Origin: a virus
Taxonomy: Duplodnaviria; Caudoviricetes
Length of the DNA: 62,447 nt
IMG/VR virus record: IMGVR_UViG_3300032275_000189
Coordinates: 1 to 62,447 of that record
Direction: 5' to 3' (one strand)
Below the pieces are notes generated by a model. It saw only the letters and a program-made list of their open reading frames with translations, was not told the DNA's origin and searched no databases. The position numbers and the translations under genes are program-made. Shown one piece after another: positions 1 to 9,833 of this stretch. Position 1 is the stretch's first letter; each line of letters starts with the position of its first letter.

Positions 1-126
1 TGACCTTGTGGCTGACCTTGACCTTGTGGCTGACCTTGACCTTGTGGCTGACCTTGACCTTGTGGCTGACCTTGACCTTGTGGCTGACCTTGACCTTGTG
101 GCTGACCTTGACCTTGTGGCTGACCT
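1..126. repeat. 18-bp tandem repeat, at least 7 copies (TGACCTTGTGGCTGACCT), encoding (GQPQGQ)n on the minus strand
   Basis: Perfect repeat visible directly. Confidence 0.95.
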
Positions 127-542
127 GGATTTCCCCCTTGAATTGAAGAGTAGGGATTCCCATCAACGCCTGCATTAAAACTTTTTGCAATATCTCCCGC
201 CTGTCCTTGTAGCCAACCACCGACTTTGCCACCAATTTCACTAGCTCCTCCTAATGCTCTACCTAATCCATAGCTAACAGGAGAACTTTTTGGTTGATTG
301 GCAGTTGTTTGATAGCCCTGTTTGAATCTATCTAAAAAGCCTTCGTTTAGATAAATCTCATTTTTAAGCCATTCTTCGGATGCTTCTGTAAGCAAACCCT
401 GGTCTTGCATACCGATTCCATCGGTTGTGTACCACTCAACAAAATCATTAGGGTCAACTCCACGCTGGGACATCAGAATGAATGATTCTTTGACCATTCT
501 GAGGTTGGTGGTGACTTGTAGGCTTTCAGTAAATGTTCTCAT
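1..542 (-). CDS. Hypothetical Gln/Gly/Pro-rich protein, truncated by the window start; probable virion internal protein
   Basis: Read manually: ATG at 542 gives MRTFTESLQVTTNLRMVKESF...IYLNEGFLDRFKQG and runs into GQPQGQ repeats; absent from the ORF track because it runs off the edge. Confidence 0.75.
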   Translation of the reverse strand, partial: MRTFTESLQVTTNLRMVKESFILMSQRGVDPNDFVEWYTTDGIGMQDQGLLTEASEEWLKNEIYLNEGFLDRFKQGYQTTANQPKSSPVSYGLGRALGGASEIGGKVGGWLQGQAGDIAKSFNAGVDGNPYSSIQGGNPGQPQGQGQPQGQGQPQGQGQPQGQGQPQGQGQPQGQGQPQG

Positions 543-555
543 TTAGTTCCTCATA

Positions 556-1380
556 CTATTCTGGCAACTGGTATTCGTATTCTTTCAATTTTAACTTCAC
601 AAAGGGAAGTAAAGGCAACGCAGCCGACTCCGTATATACCGATTCAAGAGCATTATTTAGCTCTGCATCCCAAGTTTTGAGGTCCGAGATGGGACGATAA
701 TAAGACACATTGGAAAGCAATGTGTGCCTGTGAGAACGGATGCCGACACAAATCCCAATTACTTCGTAATTGTCCTTCAAAAATAAGGGACCGCCCGAAT
801 CACCCATAAAGGCAAAACAATTGGCTCGAATCAAACCCTTAAAACCTTCAGGAAGAAGAGTTTTAGGCTGTGTGACTTGTCCATAGTCAATTCTAACATC
901 ATCCAAAAGTCCATATCCGCAGTGGAAGACTTCAGTGTTTATGTAAAGTTTTGATTCAAAGCACAGTTTTGCCACTGGCATTTTTTGGTCGCTTACGAAG
1001 TAAGCGATAGCCAAATCTATGGCTGAATCTGTCGCATAGCTCACCATGCGATACTTTTTGTAGTCTTTGATTTCAGACCAATTCTGGTATTCAGCCACAT
1101 GGACTTCAAGAACATCTTCATCTTCAACAACATGGGCTGCAACAATAACAGTATTGTGCCACTTATCACCGACTTGGGTTGATCTTATGACAACGCCGCT
1201 ACCGCCAGACTCGTCTCCATCTGTAATTCTTACAGTTGGGTAAATACACCGTTTGTGCAGTTTTTTATCAACTGCATTGGTTCCCTGTCTCTTCCTTGGA
1301 GTTTTGTCTCTTTCTTCGCTAAATACAAGAGTGGAAAAGGTACAAAGGGTTAGCACGATGCTGAACAATATTTTGTGCAT
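556..1380 (-). CDS. Trypsin-like (S1) serine protease with signal peptide
   Basis: AAHVV, DLAI and GDSGGPLF triad motifs; hydrophobic N-terminus MHKILFSIVLTLC; AAGGA upstream of 1380. Confidence 0.85.
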   Translation of the reverse strand: MHKILFSIVLTLCTFSTLVFSEERDKTPRKRQGTNAVDKKLHKRCIYPTVRITDGDESGGSGVVIRSTQVGDKWHNTVIVAAHVVEDEDVLEVHVAEYQNWSEIKDYKKYRMVSYATDSAIDLAIAYFVSDQKMPVAKLCFESKLYINTEVFHCGYGLLDDVRIDYGQVTQPKTLLPEGFKGLIRANCFAFMGDSGGPLFLKDNYEVIGICVGIRSHRHTLLSNVSYYRPISDLKTWDAELNNALESVYTESAALPLLPFVKLKLKEYEYQLPE

Positions 1381-1408
1381 ATATTCCTTGTTATAGGAGG
1401 ACAATCAA

Positions 1409-1741
1409 ATGGATAGGAATTTCCTTTATGGAATAGCTACATTCTTAGCTATAGCGCTATGCGGCGTTTATATTCAAAAGAATGACCCCAATTTCTTCTC
1501 TGAAATCGTGGGCGACAAACCAGCAGTGGAGCCTTGGCAAGAAGAGGCCGCTCCTTTGAAGGACGATGCTGACACTCAAATTACCCCTCCACCTATTGAT
1601 GTGGAGCCAAAAGAAGAACCACAGGTGGAACCTAGTATACCCGAAGAACTAGAGCCAGAAACGGAACCAGAACAAAGACAGCCAAAAAGACGACTTAGAG
1701 ATCGTCGAAATCAAAACCAAGATGATAGCTGCAATCCGTGA
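1409..1741 (+). CDS. Hypothetical membrane-anchored Pro/Glu-rich protein
   Basis: GGAGG RBS; N-terminal hydrophobic helix. Confidence 0.7.
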   Translation: MDRNFLYGIATFLAIALCGVYIQKNDPNFFSEIVGDKPAVEPWQEEAAPLKDDADTQITPPPIDVEPKEEPQVEPSIPEELEPETEPEQRQPKRRLRDRRNQNQDDSCNP

Positions 1742-1762
1742 AGGGTTTGGTGATATTCGCAG

Positions 1763-1792
1763 TTGCGAATTAGCTCCCTCGCATACTAGAAT
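1763..1792 (+). promoter_or_regulatory. Putative sigma70-type promoter of gdhA
   Basis: TTGCGA-N18-TAGAAT. Confidence 0.45.
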
Positions 1793-1833
1793 ATTGTAGG
1801 TTCATTATTCCAGACCGTGCGAGGGATTTTTTC

Positions 1834-3099
1834 ATGTCGATGTTAGAAGAAGCCAAAAAACAACTTGATGCTGCGTATAAATTTGCTGAAATTGACGATG
1901 AAAGCTGGCAGCGACTTCAGTATCCACAAAAGACCCTGAATGTCACAATCCCAATGCGACATGATGACGGGACTCTCAAAATGTATCAGGCATTTAGATG
2001 CCAATACGACACAACTCTTGGCCCGGCAAAGGGCGGCATTCGTTACCATCCATCTGTAGACGCTGACCACTGCGAGGCTCTTGCCTTGTGGATGACGTTC
2101 AAATGTGCCTGCTTAAAATTGCCATATGGTGGTGCCAAAGGCGGGATTTGCGTTGATGCGACAAAACTATCGCACCGTGAATTAGAACGACTCAGCAAGG
2201 CATATATTGCATCCATGATCGACTTTATCGGTCCCGATGTCGATGTGCCTGCGCCTGACTTGTATACCGACGAACGAATCATGGGTTGGATGTACTCCGA
2301 ATACAAAAGAATCAAAGGTGGACATCCAAAGGATATTGTCACTGGAAAACCAGTTGCCCTGGGCGGCATTGAAGGAAGAAGTTCTGCCACCGGATACGGT
2401 GGATATTACGTTCTGGAGAATATCCTCAACAACAGCATCAGTAAAGTGAATATCCCTTCCAACCCAGAAGACATCCGAATTGCCATCCAAGGATTTGGCA
2501 AGGTAGGATATTGGCTGGCTGAGAAATGCTTTCGTTCTGGATTGAAGGTGGTAGCACTGACAAATGAGTTTGGTGGTTCATATAATGAACACGGACTCAA
2601 TGTATCAGCGTGCCGCAAATCTCTTGATGAGAGTGGTGGAAAAGAATGGGGCGACGGCGATAAGATCACCAATGAAGAATTGTGGTCACTCGATATTGAC
2701 GTATTGGCTCCGTCCGCTGTCGAGAACGTCATCACCATTAACAATGCAGACAAGATCAAAGCAAAGGTGATCTTGGAAATGGCCAACGGCCCTACTACAA
2801 ATGAAGCTGATGCAATTCTCAATGATCGTGGAGTGTTAGTGATTCCCGATATTCTGGCTAACGCTGGTGGTGTTGTTGTCAGCTATTTTGAATGGCTTCA
2901 GAACCGCACTGCGATCAGCCGCACTCTGCCAGAAGTCGATCATGACTTACGAGAGATGATGGTGTATGCAACCGAGAAAGTAATCGCCTTGCATATGAAG
3001 CACGATATTTCTGCTCGCACAGCAGCGTATGTCTTGGCCTTGAAGCGTATCAATGCAGCCAACGCCTGCTTGGGCAATAAAGGATATTTCCAGAGATAG
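1834..3099 (+). CDS. gdhA: Glutamate dehydrogenase (Glu/Leu/Phe/Val dehydrogenase family)
   Basis: GPAKGGIRYHP, LPYGGAKGG, DVPAPD, IQGFGKVG, PDILANAGGV, SYFEWLQN. Confidence 0.95.
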   Translation: MSMLEEAKKQLDAAYKFAEIDDESWQRLQYPQKTLNVTIPMRHDDGTLKMYQAFRCQYDTTLGPAKGGIRYHPSVDADHCEALALWMTFKCACLKLPYGGAKGGICVDATKLSHRELERLSKAYIASMIDFIGPDVDVPAPDLYTDERIMGWMYSEYKRIKGGHPKDIVTGKPVALGGIEGRSSATGYGGYYVLENILNNSISKVNIPSNPEDIRIAIQGFGKVGYWLAEKCFRSGLKVVALTNEFGGSYNEHGLNVSACRKSLDESGGKEWGDGDKITNEELWSLDIDVLAPSAVENVITINNADKIKAKVILEMANGPTTNEADAILNDRGVLVIPDILANAGGVVVSYFEWLQNRTAISRTLPEVDHDLREMMVYATEKVIALHMKHDISARTAAYVLALKRINAANACLGNKGYFQR

Positions 3100-3137
3100 C
3101 GGACCTGAAATTTGCTCGTCATACACTATAATATAAT

Positions 3138-3938
3138 ATGAACAAAATATCTGGCATATACGCCATCAAAAACAAAACCAACAACAAACTGTATATTGGT
3201 TCTTCCGTGAGTCCCACTCAACGCTGGCAAAAAGAGCATTTGCCAGCGTTAAATAACAACAAACATTACAATCGTCATCTTCAACATTCTTGGAACAAAT
3301 ACGGCGAGAATAATTTTGAGTTTCTTGTCCTTGAAGAGTGCGATGAAAACCTTTTGGTCGAACGAGAAGGATATTGGATCGAACATCATAAATCCTGGGA
3401 TCGTGACCACGGATATAATTTGAACCGATACGTCGATGACCGCATAATCATGTCCGAAGAAACTCGACAGTTGATGAGTGAAACCACGAAGCAATCGTGG
3501 AAAGACCCAGATATTCGCACCAAGCGATGCGAAGCAATAAAGAATTCCGTCACCGATGAAATCCGTGAAGTATTGGCTGAGGCTCGCCGGAAGGATTACG
3601 AAAATCCCGAATACCGAGCAGAGCGATCCAAAACGATGACTCAAACATGGAACGAACAAAGTGACGAATTAAAAACCAAAATGAAAGCGGCGTGGTCTAC
3701 ATCAGAAGTTCGTCAACGTCACGAACACACAACAGAGAATAAAAAGAAAATGAGCCAATCTTCAAAAGACTGGTGGGCGGCTAATGCTCGGCCTATTTTA
3801 CAGCTTACAATAGAAGGCATCTTGGTGCGTGAATGGCCTTCGCCTAACCCAGCCATCAAAGAATATGGCAACCACGTTAGTAGCGTATTGAACGGAAAGC
3901 GAACTCATTGCCAGGGCTACATTTGGAGATACAAATGA
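3138..3938 (+). mobile_element. Free-standing GIY-YIG homing endonuclease
   Basis: SGIYAIKN...LYIGSS N-terminus, GYNL, NUMOD-like helical repeats, C-terminal GKRTHCQGYIWRY. Confidence 0.9.
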
Positions 3939-4195
3939 AACTTGAAAGCGTCGAACGTGGTCCCGGTAGTGTTGTTTGGGAATTAACCAATATCTCTATC
4001 GGGATCACGAGAGAAGAATCGGAAGAATTGCGAGCCGCACTCGCAATAGTTCAAAAATACGAAAAAGCGGCTCTCCAGGCAGTTCGAGCGAAGCACAAAT
4101 ACAATCCTGCCAAGGATGCAGATTGGTGCGAAATTGCCTATTCCGTTAAAAATGACAAAGTAATAGTTGGCATTCGAGACGGAATGGCCGGTTAA
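3935..4195 (+). CDS. Hypothetical protein
   Basis: ATGA overlap with the upstream stop; GGAG RBS. Confidence 0.6.
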   Translation: MKLESVERGPGSVVWELTNISIGITREESEELRAALAIVQKYEKAALQAVRAKHKYNPAKDADWCEIAYSVKNDKVIVGIRDGMAG

Positions 4196-4473
4196 AACTT
4201 TGCCGACAATTGCGGCAATGTAAAATTTAGCACCCGCATACCCGATACGGGAAATATCTGAACACAAACCAGACGTGACGCCGGATTAAAGCTCACTATT
4301 CTCCAGTTCTGGTTGGTCAACAATAGCCTCCTTGGGAGGCGATCTTCGTAATACACCCACGTCCCATCATTCAAATGAGGGTTTATCTCCGTTTGAGCCA
4401 GTTGGCTCACGTCTATAATTTCACCAGATGACACAACAATCACCTTTGATGTGTCAATATGACTGTCCAGCAT
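4192..4473 (-). CDS. Hypothetical protein (start uncertain)
   Basis: ORF fills the gap; no motif. Confidence 0.4.
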   Translation of the reverse strand: MLDSHIDTSKVIVVSSGEIIDVSQLAQTEINPHLNDGTWVYYEDRLPRRLLLTNQNWRIVSFNPASRLVCVQIFPVSGMRVLNFTLPQLSAKF

Positions 4474-4587
4474 GGCCAAAAGGGTCGCTTTTGACAATCT
4501 TTGGTCAGGAAGACAGGCTTGCAAATATGGATTCATGAATTTTACCCTCTATTAAGAACAACTTATTTATGCGGGAGTAGATACAGT

Positions 4588-4851
4588 ATGGACGTGCGGC
4601 AAGAAGATTGTTATCTTTGGATGGACGAGTCAATCCCCGAAGATGAACGAACGATGAACGTGTTATGTGAACAGTGTCATCCGAAATACCCCGGTCTAGG
4701 ATGGTTTTGGGAAGGATCAAGGCTCGGTTACGGACCTTTTGAATTTGCCTGCAATAAGTGCGGGCATGTGGTACATGCCGCCCCTAAGTCCAATACCAAC
4801 AACGAGATAGGGCAAGGGATTACGAATGAAGACCATCAGACCAGTGTTTAA
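4588..4851 (+). CDS. Small Zn-ribbon protein
   Basis: CEQCH and CNKCG motifs; TAGATA-N4-ATG upstream. Confidence 0.6.
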   Translation: MDVRQEDCYLWMDESIPEDERTMNVLCEQCHPKYPGLGWFWEGSRLGYGPFEFACNKCGHVVHAAPKSNTNNEIGQGITNEDHQTSV

Positions 4852-5623
4852 GTGCCACGGTGGAAAATTCTATTTGGCACAATGGATCATTTCGCATTTT
4901 CCTGAGAAGTACACAGAGATGACGTACTTGGAACCCTTTTGCGGGGGTGCGAATGTTCTTTTGAATAAAGAAAAATCTGTTATCGAGATAATGAATGATC
5001 TCGATCCAAACGTCATTCAAATCTATCAGGCTTTACGAGATGAGCCGAGAGAGTTGATTCGGCGTCTGAACCTCTGCAAATATTGCGAAGAAACATTCGA
5101 TAGCGCCATCAAGAAGACTCAATACGACGATTATCTGGATCAGGCGGTCAACGAATTTATCGTTCGACGCATGAGCCGTGGCGGGTTGAAAAAAGCATTT
5201 GCTTGGAGCAATCGTCTTAGAGGCGGTCAACCTGGAGATGTCAACGCATGGATGACAGCCGTGAAAGGCTTGCCTGATTTAGCCGAGCGAATCAGAGAAG
5301 TTTATATCTTCAATAAGCCTGCCCTTGCGGTAATGAAGGCATTCAATTCGCCAAATACTTTCGTATATTGTGATCCACCGTATTTGCACGAGACACGAGT
5401 ATCCAAAACCGTATATGCGTCGGAAATGACTACCGACGATCATATTGAATTGGCTCATGCTTTGAACGCATTTCAGGGCAAGGCCATGATTAGCGGATAT
5501 GCTTCGCCGCTGTATAATCGACTGTACAAAGAATGGAATGTCGAAAAGAAAAAGATTGCGAATCATTCGTCGCAACAAAAGACCAAAGAGAAAAAGGTCG
5601 AAGTGATTTGGAAAAACTACTGA
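4826..5623 (+). CDS. dam: DNA adenine methyltransferase (Dam/D12 class)
   Basis: GGK, YLEPFCGGA, NDLD, YCDPPY, ISGY, EVIWKNY. Confidence 0.9.
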   Translation: MKTIRPVFKCHGGKFYLAQWIISHFPEKYTEMTYLEPFCGGANVLLNKEKSVIEIMNDLDPNVIQIYQALRDEPRELIRRLNLCKYCEETFDSAIKKTQYDDYLDQAVNEFIVRRMSRGGLKKAFAWSNRLRGGQPGDVNAWMTAVKGLPDLAERIREVYIFNKPALAVMKAFNSPNTFVYCDPPYLHETRVSKTVYASEMTTDDHIELAHALNAFQGKAMISGYASPLYNRLYKEWNVEKKKIANHSSQQKTKEKKVEVIWKNY

Positions 5624-5727
5624 TCGGCGTTACTTTCAGTTTAAGATTCTGATGTCGCAGTTGTGGAGCGACGGGAGTGTTTCCCAAAATCCACTGAAGT
5701 TAGAAGTTAGATAGAAGAAGGTGAACA

Positions 5728-6729
5728 ATGTCGTACAACGACCGTATCGAGGCTGCGCTCGCAGCAATCAAGCAACACAACGAAGCCGTAGGTGGTGAAG
5801 GAAAGACGGGGTATATAAGCCCTGACGACTTCATCCAATGCGTAAAGGCTTCTGGCGGGACCAGTGAGGAACGCCTCTCTGCTCTGTCCCATGAGGATTT
5901 ACTGGCTTGTATGCCAGCATCCCCAAACGGGGTCAAACCCCGTGTTCTGGCGAAAGAAGTCGCCGACATCTTCCGCAGCAAATCTGCTGCCTCCAAGACC
6001 GACGATAAGCGTCCCGTTTCCGGCAAAAAGGCCGAAAAGATGACGCCTCGTGAATTGGTAGAAGCATTCGATCCCGAAGACTCCAGCAACCCGGTTGGGG
6101 TTCGTCTTGCCACAATTTCCAAGGGCGAGAAGTTCATCATTTATTCCGATGGACGGATCGTGGACGTGGATACCACGTTCAAACTGCTCTCGGAAATTAA
6201 GGGCGGCTACTCTGGTCGTGATGATGTGGACGTAAACGGGGCCATTAAGAAGACGTACCGAATCGGCGAACTGCCGGAGAACTACGCTGATGAGAATCCT
6301 TTGTATCGAGATCGTCCGTTGCGTCCTGATGGAACGTGCGATCAGACTGGTAGAAGCTGGGAAGGCGTTGATCTTTCTGTCCGTCAACTCATCCGTGTCG
6401 CAATGGATGAAGGCGAACTGCGAGTCACGCATGAAATCGCCCATGACACTCTCGACGCTGTGATGGAAGCTGGCGCTCTGAAGAAACTTCGTTCTCGCTA
6501 CCGCAAGGCAGCAATCAAGTTCGATGAACTTGCCAAGACCGGCGATCTTCCGACGTTGAAGATTCCTCTCGACGGAGGCAGCGAAAGCACCAGCCCTTTT
6601 TCCGGGGGTAAGCAAGTAGTTTGGGGTCAAAGCCCTGCTCTGCCCAATGCTTACATCAGCAACCAGTCGCCTCGTAACTTCCGGGCCGGTGGTGGTGGAA
6701 CCTTCACCAATAACATTGGTCCGAAGTAA
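5728..6729 (+). CDS. Hypothetical protein
   Basis: 333-aa ORF with AAGGTG RBS, followed by a hairpin. Confidence 0.8.
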   Translation: MSYNDRIEAALAAIKQHNEAVGGEGKTGYISPDDFIQCVKASGGTSEERLSALSHEDLLACMPASPNGVKPRVLAKEVADIFRSKSAASKTDDKRPVSGKKAEKMTPRELVEAFDPEDSSNPVGVRLATISKGEKFIIYSDGRIVDVDTTFKLLSEIKGGYSGRDDVDVNGAIKKTYRIGELPENYADENPLYRDRPLRPDGTCDQTGRSWEGVDLSVRQLIRVAMDEGELRVTHEIAHDTLDAVMEAGALKKLRSRYRKAAIKFDELAKTGDLPTLKIPLDGGSESTSPFSGGKQVVWGQSPALPNAYISNQSPRNFRAGGGGTFTNNIGPK

Positions 6730-6742
6730 GCAAACGCAAAAT

Positions 6743-6778
6743 ATATCCTGCCCATTCGTATGTGGGCAGGATATTTTC
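6743..6778 (+). terminator. Stem-loop, probable intrinsic terminator
   Basis: ATATCCTGCCCA / TGGGCAGGATAT followed by TTT. Confidence 0.65.
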
Positions 6779-6811
6779 TCTCAGCACACATCTCAAATAA
6801 GGTACATCATA

Positions 6812-7750
6812 ATGGCGAAGAAGAAAGCAGTAGCAGTCGTCGCAAAGCCCAAGACGTATGTTGCCATCATTCTGGACAAGTCCGGCTCAATGGCTGCGAC
6901 CAAGGCCGGAGCAATCAGCGGGTTCAACGAACAAGTTCAACAATTGAAGGAAGACTCCAAGACGCAAGAAATTTATTGCTCCTTGGTAACTTTCAACGGC
7001 GAAGTGTTCGAGCATCTGTGGAATGTCCCGGCAGAAAAGCTGTCGGAAGCAAATGTCGAAGAATTCCAACCGCTTGGCAATACTGCCATGCGAGACGCAG
7101 TAGGATATACAGTTCAGAAGTTGCTGACCACGACCGATCATGAAGACCCCAATACGGCCTACTTGATCGTGACCATCTCTGATGGTCAAACCAATCAAGA
7201 CCGTCATTACAGTTGGGATGCTCTGAAGGAATTGACCCAAGGTTGTGAAGCCACCAAAAAGTGGACGTTCACCTATATGGGTTGCTCCAAGGAATATATG
7301 GAACAACTGTCACACAATGTTGGGACCAGTGCTGCTAATATGGCATCATGGTCTAATAAGACCTCAGCCGATACGGGCAAGGGGTTCTCCAATATGCGTA
7401 GTCGTCAAGCGAAATACTTCGTCGAACGAGCTATGGGACAAACTGCTGCGGCGAACTACGCCTCGGACAGCTTGAGCGTTGCCGACTTCACTGAAGATGT
7501 TGTAGAAGCAGCCCCGGCTCCTGTGCTGGTAGATGTGGCGGATTTGCCGAAGGTTGACTTCGCCAGCGTCTTGAGTCGTCAGCCGAGATACGAAAATCAG
7601 GCTTCTCCAGCATGGAACGGTGGACCTTTGTTCGCCAACTCCACGAAGGTGGCCTGGGCTGGTGCGGGCAATCATGGTGCAACCGCAGTCTCGATGGCAA
7701 CAGCTATGCCCATCCAGAACGTGGTTCAACGTGGCATAAAGAAGAAGTAA
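6812..7750 (+). CDS. von Willebrand factor A (vWA) domain protein
   Basis: MIDAS motif IILDKSGSM, GNTAMRDAVG, VTISDG, WTFTYMG. Confidence 0.85.
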   Translation: MAKKKAVAVVAKPKTYVAIILDKSGSMAATKAGAISGFNEQVQQLKEDSKTQEIYCSLVTFNGEVFEHLWNVPAEKLSEANVEEFQPLGNTAMRDAVGYTVQKLLTTTDHEDPNTAYLIVTISDGQTNQDRHYSWDALKELTQGCEATKKWTFTYMGCSKEYMEQLSHNVGTSAANMASWSNKTSADTGKGFSNMRSRQAKYFVERAMGQTAAANYASDSLSVADFTEDVVEAAPAPVLVDVADLPKVDFASVLSRQPRYENQASPAWNGGPLFANSTKVAWAGAGNHGATAVSMATAMPIQNVVQRGIKKK

Positions 7751-7758
7751 TCCCACTT

Positions 7759-7801
7759 CTCCCCTGAGCGGTTCCGATTATTTCGGAACCGCTCAGGGGA
7801 G
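7759..7801 (+). terminator. 19-bp perfect hairpin
   Basis: CTCCCCTGAGCGGTTCCGA-TTATT-TCGGAACCGCTCAGGGGAG. Confidence 0.75.
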
Positions 7802-7905
7802 TCAGAGTTCGGTGGCGAAATCACCTAATCCCATATAATATATGACTTTAGGTCAAATAACTGTATGTCGTTGACTTGTGTGACTTTGCGTCAAAAAAGT
7901 AAAAT

Positions 7906-8457
7906 ATGAAATTCAATTATGTCTTCGGTGGTGGGCCATACAAAGGTCATTGCGGCTCATCAGAAATGCACCAAGCTCCAAAAATCATTGGTTGTTTCAA
8001 AGAATTTTTCAAAGATAAACAATTTGACACAATAATTGAAATTGGAACTGCTTTTGGTGGCTTGACAATGTTGTTGGTCGATCTTAATCCTTTTGTAGAA
8101 ATCCACACTTTTGATGTAACTGAATGGATGAAATATCGAATTGATGGAGCGACAAAACACATAGAGAATGTGTTTTTTGAAGGAAAAGAAGATATTGTCA
8201 GGATGATATTGGAAGAAAAGAAAGTCTTGTTGATCTGTGATGGTGGAGACAAGCCTAGAGAATTCAATGTTTTCGCCCCTTATCTGAAGCCGGGTGATTT
8301 CATCATGGCACACGATTATGAAGAAAACACTTGTGGTTGGAATTGGATTGAAATCAGAAAAAAAGACATTGAAGATACGATCAAAGAATGCAATCTTATC
8401 CCACATATGTCAGATGTAATGGGAGAAGTTGCTTGGGCCTGTTTTGAAAAACAATGA
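7906..8457 (+). CDS. Class I SAM-dependent methyltransferase (CmcI/Methyltransf_24-like)
   Basis: IIEIGTAFGG, HTFD, CDGG, LKPGDFIMAHD. Confidence 0.75.
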   Translation: MKFNYVFGGGPYKGHCGSSEMHQAPKIIGCFKEFFKDKQFDTIIEIGTAFGGLTMLLVDLNPFVEIHTFDVTEWMKYRIDGATKHIENVFFEGKEDIVRMILEEKKVLLICDGGDKPREFNVFAPYLKPGDFIMAHDYEENTCGWNWIEIRKKDIEDTIKECNLIPHMSDVMGEVAWACFEKQ

Positions 8458-8485
8458 CCTTCGACTGAAGCTCCCACTTCTTCCT

Positions 8486-8519
8486 GAGCGGACCCGATTT
8501 ATTTCGGGTCCGCTTTTTT
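8486..8519 (+). terminator. Intrinsic terminator
   Basis: AGCGGACCCGA/TCGGGTCCGCT plus T-tract. Confidence 0.8.
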
Positions 8520-8532
8520 GTTGCGCCAACCC

Positions 8533-8538
8533 TAAATA
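8533..8538 (+). promoter_or_regulatory. Putative T4-like late promoter
   Basis: TAAATA 5 nt before ATG 8544; motif recurs through the window. Confidence 0.55.
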
Positions 8539-8543
8539 CCCGC

Positions 8544-8804
8544 ATGAGTTTATCAGGTTTCAAAGAATGGCTATCTAAGACTGCGCCAGAAGGCGGGGGC
8601 GAAATATGGGACAACCGTTCCAATGCCGATCTCGATTTCGGGAGAACTGGAGCTAAATCCAGAAATGTCTCTCAAAACAAGTCAGGTCAAGTGGAGATAG
8701 ACCCTGAAAAGCTATTCTTTGGAATATCGAAAAAGCGGAACCCTAAACTAGATACAGAGAAGAATTCCAATACTGGAGGAAGTGATGAAAACAATTACAT
8801 TTAG
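8544..8804 (+). CDS. Small putative capsid-internal protein
   Basis: N-terminus MSLSGFKEWLSKTAPE. Confidence 0.65.
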   Translation: MSLSGFKEWLSKTAPEGGGEIWDNRSNADLDFGRTGAKSRNVSQNKSGQVEIDPEKLFFGISKKRNPKLDTEKNSNTGGSDENNYI

Positions 8805-9081
8805 AGTAAATCTTGAAACAGTAAACCGTCAAGGTTTCTTGCAGCCAAGCCGCACGACGCTGGAAGGCAATGAGACTGTTTCTGAAGCTGACAACATGCG
8901 TGCTACTCGCACCATTTACATCCCTGGCTTGTTACACACCAATACACAAGGCATTGGTCCAAAGGGATACTTGCGACACGGCGACACGTTTGCCGCCACT
9001 GATTCGCAGGCTATGTATTTGAAGAAGACGTATGTGTTGGGTAATGCCGACGACGTTCTTCAAATCGTATCAGAAGACTAA
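8785..9081 (+). CDS. Hypothetical protein
   Basis: GGAGG RBS; part of an operon. Confidence 0.7.
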   Translation: MKTITFRVNLETVNRQGFLQPSRTTLEGNETVSEADNMRATRTIYIPGLLHTNTQGIGPKGYLRHGDTFAATDSQAMYLKKTYVLGNADDVLQIVSED

Positions 9082-9114
9082 TTTACATGGCCTTGTCATT
9101 CAATAGGGTGGGAA

Positions 9115-9453
9115 ATGAGTTCGTTTCAACGATTGTGGGAAAATATCCAAGATCAGAAAGAAAAGACGCCCCAAGATGATAGGGCCATGTCCGCTATACG
9201 CACTGGTATGGGCGTTCGTGATGAGTTTTGGGATGACTTCCTATTGGTCATCAATAACTCAGAAGGTCTTTCACAATTGCTTGATGTTCCAACCACAAAG
9301 ATTTCTGGTTGGCATGACAAGGTAAAGCATGTTCTCAATAAGGTCAGGCAAGCTGATGCTTCACCTGACCCTAAAGATAACGGCAAATTGCTCAAGACCG
9401 GGCAATCTGACGAGCCTGACCCACATACCATTGTCATGAATCCGGTGCAATAA
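9115..9453 (+). CDS. Putative capsid-internal protein
   Basis: N-terminus MSSFQRLWEN; operon context. Confidence 0.7.
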   Translation: MSSFQRLWENIQDQKEKTPQDDRAMSAIRTGMGVRDEFWDDFLLVINNSEGLSQLLDVPTTKISGWHDKVKHVLNKVRQADASPDPKDNGKLLKTGQSDEPDPHTIVMNPVQ

Positions 9454-9833
9454 TGAAATCACTTAAAGATTGGCGAATTAGAGAGAACACTCAAAATGCT
9501 GAGTGGGATCACATCAAGTCAATGAAGTTCCCTACAAGCCCTGACATGAAGGCATTTATTGCACCCAGGGTGGGGAAACTTCAAGAAGCAATAGTGCTTC
9601 GATTAAGTGAAGGAAATCCAAAGATCAAATCCTTCAGGGATGTTCCACCTGAAGTACGAGATCAGTTTGCCCAAGCAATCGTGTCCTCGACGCTGGAAGC
9701 GTTCTTTGGTGGCATGGACCCACAAGCGGCTCAAACGGGTCACGGACAACCGCCAATGACTCCACAGCAGCAACAACCACCACAGATGTTGCCTCAAGAT
9801 GAACCACAAACTCCAGCCGCATCGAGGGGATAA
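9453..9833 (+). CDS. Putative capsid-internal protein with Q/P-rich tail
   Basis: N-terminus MKSLKDWRIREN; TAATG coupling. Confidence 0.75.
   Translation: MKSLKDWRIRENTQNAEWDHIKSMKFPTSPDMKAFIAPRVGKLQEAIVLRLSEGNPKIKSFRDVPPEVRDQFAQAIVSSTLEAFFGGMDPQAAQTGHGQPPMTPQQQQPPQMLPQDEPQTPAASRG

Noticed and set aside
1-126. Tandem repeats as a CRISPR array or iterons
   Set aside because: There are no spacers; the 18-bp unit is in frame in a Gln/Gly/Pro coding region
5899-6630. Long antisense ORFs here and at 35957-36679 and 48779-49276
   Set aside because: They overlap better-supported genes on the other strand and show no motifs
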